Assembly: GCA_964597925.1 (NCBI GenBank)
Contig: CAZQZT010000001.1
Span: 119,929-183,928 of the forward strand
DNA: 64,000 bases
Origin: an uncultured Candidatus Saccharibacteria bacterium
Lineage (GTDB): Bacteria > Patescibacteriota > Saccharimonadia > Saccharimonadales > JBBQAJ01
Direction: 5' to 3'
The translations under genes were made by a program, and so were the position numbers. Of this stretch, positions 61,725-64,000 are shown piece by piece. The notes under the pieces are model-generated. The model saw only the letters and a list, made by a program, of their open reading frames with translations, did not search any database and was not told the DNA's origin. Each line of letters starts with the position of its first letter. The stretch's first letter is position 1.

Positions 61725-63614
61725 GTGACTAACAGAGGATCAAAAAACAAAAAAATGGATTCAAAAATGGATTCCCCAAAAAACCAGATTAGTGACAGAT
61801 TGAAGCAAGCCAACAATATTTTGGTTACTGTTAGTAACAGTCCTTCTGTAGACCAACTGTCAGCCGCCATAGGCATAACACTTTTGCTAAATAAACTTGG
61901 CAAACATGCCACGGCTGTTTTTAGTGGCGATATTCCCAGTACAATTGAATTTTTACAACCAGAAAAAACTCTAGAAAAAACCACTGATAGTCTGCGCGAT
62001 TTCATAATTGCTCTAGACAAGGCAAGAGCAGACAAACTACGCTACAAAGTAGAAGACCAGATGGTCAAAATCTTTATTACGCCGTACAGGACCTCTATAA
62101 CAGATAAAGACTTAGAATTTAGTCAAGGTGATTTCAATGTAGAGGTTGTGCTGGCGCTAGGGGTAAATGAACAAAAAGATTTGGACCAAGCTATCACATC
62201 GCACGGGCGTATTCTACATGACGCAACAGTGATTAGTGTAAATACAAAAGACGGCGCAAGCCTGGGGAGCTTAGACTTGGTACAGCCAGATGCCAGCAGT
62301 CTGTGCGAGATACTACTAGATTTAGGGCTAACCCTCAAACCTGATGTCCTGGATGGACAGATGGCTACGGCCTTTTTGACAGGAATTGTGGCAGAGACAA
62401 ACAGGTTTAGTAACGAAAAAACTTCTTCTGAAACCATGCAGTTAAGTGCCAAGCTTATGGCGGCAGGCGCAAACCAGCAATTAGTTGCCACTCAACTTCA
62501 GGCCGTTGCGCCTACAGATTTATCGGCTGCGGCATTCACGGCAACACAGGTTATGGCCAAAAATGAAGATGATGCCGAACTGCCAGAAATTACAGATGGC
62601 GAGCATGCTGCGGCCCCTGCGGAAATAGCAGAAGTTGCGAACACAGAATCAAAAAACGGAGCTTTGCAGATAAATCATGAAAATCCAAAGCCTTTGATTG
62701 ACTTAACCGTCGATTTAGAAAACGAAGAGCCTGCAGAACAACGGCTAGAGCAGATACACATAGATCAAGATGGAATCATCAAAACTGCTGATCAAATTGA
62801 TTCTATGAAGCAAAAGATCGTAGAACCTATTCCAGGAGTAACCACAGAGGCTCAGGATCCATCGAGGTTAATTATGCAACCACCAGCTCTAGGCGGCACC
62901 CTAACTGCAAACAGCGTACCTGAAGGATTAGACCCCAGTATCGATCCTCTGGGGGTAAGTGGCACCAGCCCATTACTTTCACACGAAACTCCATTAGCTA
63001 GCAGTCCCCTAAACGATCTACCGCCAGCTGGTTCGGCCCCAATAGTTGACAAAATTATAAACGCTAACTCCAGCCAAATGCCAAATATTGCTCCAGATTT
63101 TTCGGCTACACCGCCCGAGCCAGCAGAGCCAGTCAAACCACAGGATACGCTAGCAGCGCTAGAAGAGGTTGTGCACAGTCAGCATATTGTCCAGCAACAG
63201 CCAAACTCAGAAGAAGAAACACCGCTGCCCGTTCAGTCCGCTGTTGATCATGTAGACGCAGCTAGAGACGCAGTTATGCAAGCAGTTAGCGGCACTACTC
63301 CTCAAGTTCTTGAACCAGTGCAGTCGCTAAACATCCAGCCCATGGATTTGAATCTAGGCGACATGCCTGCCGTAGCAACCTCACCAGCTTCATCTTTTGC
63401 TGACGCAGGAGGTATGGTTAATCCATCAATTGCTAGTCCACAAACACTAAATAATGACATTGGAATAGCTCCAGATACTAGTTTCCCCTCCGGGCTAGTA
63501 CCTCCAGCTCCCGGTTTGCCAGCAGATAACACAGCCCGTCAGCTTAGTGACCCGACAGCCCCACCTCCAGTACCACCGCCAATGATGCCACCAAGCATGC
63601 CTCCAACTCCTTGA
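61725..63614 (+). CDS. Degenerate DHH/NrnA-like N-terminal domain fused to a ~330-aa Pro/Ala/Ser-rich low-complexity tail
   Basis: ILVTVSNSPSVDQLSAAIGITLLLNKLGKHATAVFSGDIPSTIEFL follows the NrnA-like layout, but canonical Asp/His positions are substituted. The tail ends PPPVPPPMMPPSMPPTP. The start is uncertain (GTG 61725 or ATG 61755). Confidence 0.7.
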   Translation: MTNRGSKNKKMDSKMDSPKNQISDRLKQANNILVTVSNSPSVDQLSAAIGITLLLNKLGKHATAVFSGDIPSTIEFLQPEKTLEKTTDSLRDFIIALDKARADKLRYKVEDQMVKIFITPYRTSITDKDLEFSQGDFNVEVVLALGVNEQKDLDQAITSHGRILHDATVISVNTKDGASLGSLDLVQPDASSLCEILLDLGLTLKPDVLDGQMATAFLTGIVAETNRFSNEKTSSETMQLSAKLMAAGANQQLVATQLQAVAPTDLSAAAFTATQVMAKNEDDAELPEITDGEHAAAPAEIAEVANTESKNGALQINHENPKPLIDLTVDLENEEPAEQRLEQIHIDQDGIIKTADQIDSMKQKIVEPIPGVTTEAQDPSRLIMQPPALGGTLTANSVPEGLDPSIDPLGVSGTSPLLSHETPLASSPLNDLPPAGSAPIVDKIINANSSQMPNIAPDFSATPPEPAEPVKPQDTLAALEEVVHSQHIVQQQPNSEEETPLPVQSAVDHVDAARDAVMQAVSGTTPQVLEPVQSLNIQPMDLNLGDMPAVATSPASSFADAGGMVNPSIASPQTLNNDIGIAPDTSFPSGLVPPAPGLPADNTARQLSDPTAPPPVPPPMMPPSMPPTP

Positions 63615-63633
63615 CGTATAGCGGCTTCGCCTA

Positions 63634-63705
63634 ATGAGAGGGGGATATCCCCTCTCATTGCGTCGTGCTTGGGCAAAGCCCGAGTCTCGGGCTACTCTCT
63701 CTTAG
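63634..63705 (+). repeat. Copy B of the ~72-nt structured intergenic module
   Basis: ATGAGAGGGG GATAT CCCCTCTCAT, 30 nt, then GGGCTACTCTCTCTTAG. The spacing is the same as in copy A. Confidence 0.5.
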
Positions 63706-63731
63706 CTTCAGTGTCAGGTATAATCCAAACT

Positions 63732-64000
63732 GTGAATGGGATTTTACTTATAGATAAACCCTCTGGCTGGACGTCTTTTGATGTGGTGGCCAAGCTTAGG
63801 GGTATGGTAAAACAGGCAACTGGCCTAAAAAAGCCGAAAGTCGGCCATGCTGGAACATTAGACCCGCTTGCGACTGGATTGCTAGTAATTTTGGTAGGTA
63901 GTTACTGCAAACGGGCTAGTGAATTGAGCAAATTAGACAAAGTATACGAGGTTACCATGAAATTGGGCACAACAAGCACAACTGGTGATGAAGAAGGAGA
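63732..64000 (+). CDS. truB: tRNA pseudouridine(55) synthase TruB (5' part; continues beyond the window)
   Basis: The GTG start reads (M)NGILLIDKPSGWTSFDVVAKLR...KVGHAGTLDPLATGLLVILVG. TATAAT (63719-63724) ends 7 nt before the GTG. Confidence 0.9.
   Translation, partial: MNGILLIDKPSGWTSFDVVAKLRGMVKQATGLKKPKVGHAGTLDPLATGLLVILVGSYCKRASELSKLDKVYEVTMKLGTTSTTGDEEG

Noticed and set aside
1-64000. CRISPR arrays, rRNA, tmRNA, RNase P and SRP RNA
   Set aside because: Scanning by eye found no spaced direct-repeat arrays, no rRNA-like conserved blocks, no additional TTCGAATC-type T-loops outside the four tRNAs, and no GGAAGCAGC-type SRP motif. A covariance-model scan would be needed to be certain.

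Overview
This 64-kb window is gene-dense and moderately AT-rich. It uses the standard genetic code: TGA, TAA and TAG all terminate conserved genes. No rRNA genes or CRISPR arrays were seen. The gene content suggests a Patescibacteria/CPR bacterium, probably Saccharibacteria-like. That call is inference from a Gram-positive-type T4SS fragment with tandem T4SS-pilin genes, an LPXTG protein, a CarS-like lipid gene, a bifunctional PGI/PMI and very short intergenic gaps.

Layout:
- 1-7049: a T4SS-like locus. On the minus strand are a PrgI-like gene, a basic protein and a 931-aa VirB6-like polytopic protein. Diverging from them are six tandem pilin paralogs.
- 7116-10292: hsp20, a decayed comF pseudogene, two tRNA-Ser genes, two membrane proteins and tRNA-Arg.
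- 10284-19472: a roughly 9.2-kb integrated element bounded by an exact 12-bp direct repeat that includes the tRNA-Arg 3' end. It carries a large serine recombinase whose last codons cross the att core, a P-loop/wHTH replication-like protein, small ORFs, membrane cargo and a RelE/RHH toxin-antitoxin pair.
- 19525-64000: housekeeping genes. These are pepE-like, tRNA-Ser, HIT, valS, tsaD, murE, groES/groEL with a CIRCE-like operator, an LPXTG protein, sugar isomerases, a CarS-like/PHP/CDP-alcohol-transferase lipid operon, an arsR operon, argS, mscL, msrB, capA, vanY, orn, dnaG-rpoD, a P-type ATPase, a second sigma-70, polA, mutM, holA, rpsT and truB.

Recurrent sequence-level themes:
- -10 boxes sit exactly 6-7 nt upstream of start codons, predicting leaderless mRNAs. 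In some 21-25 bp divergent gaps the -10 boxes are palindromic and shared by both genes.
- A ~72-nt structured repeat is present twice.
- Several small gene-decay zones are present.
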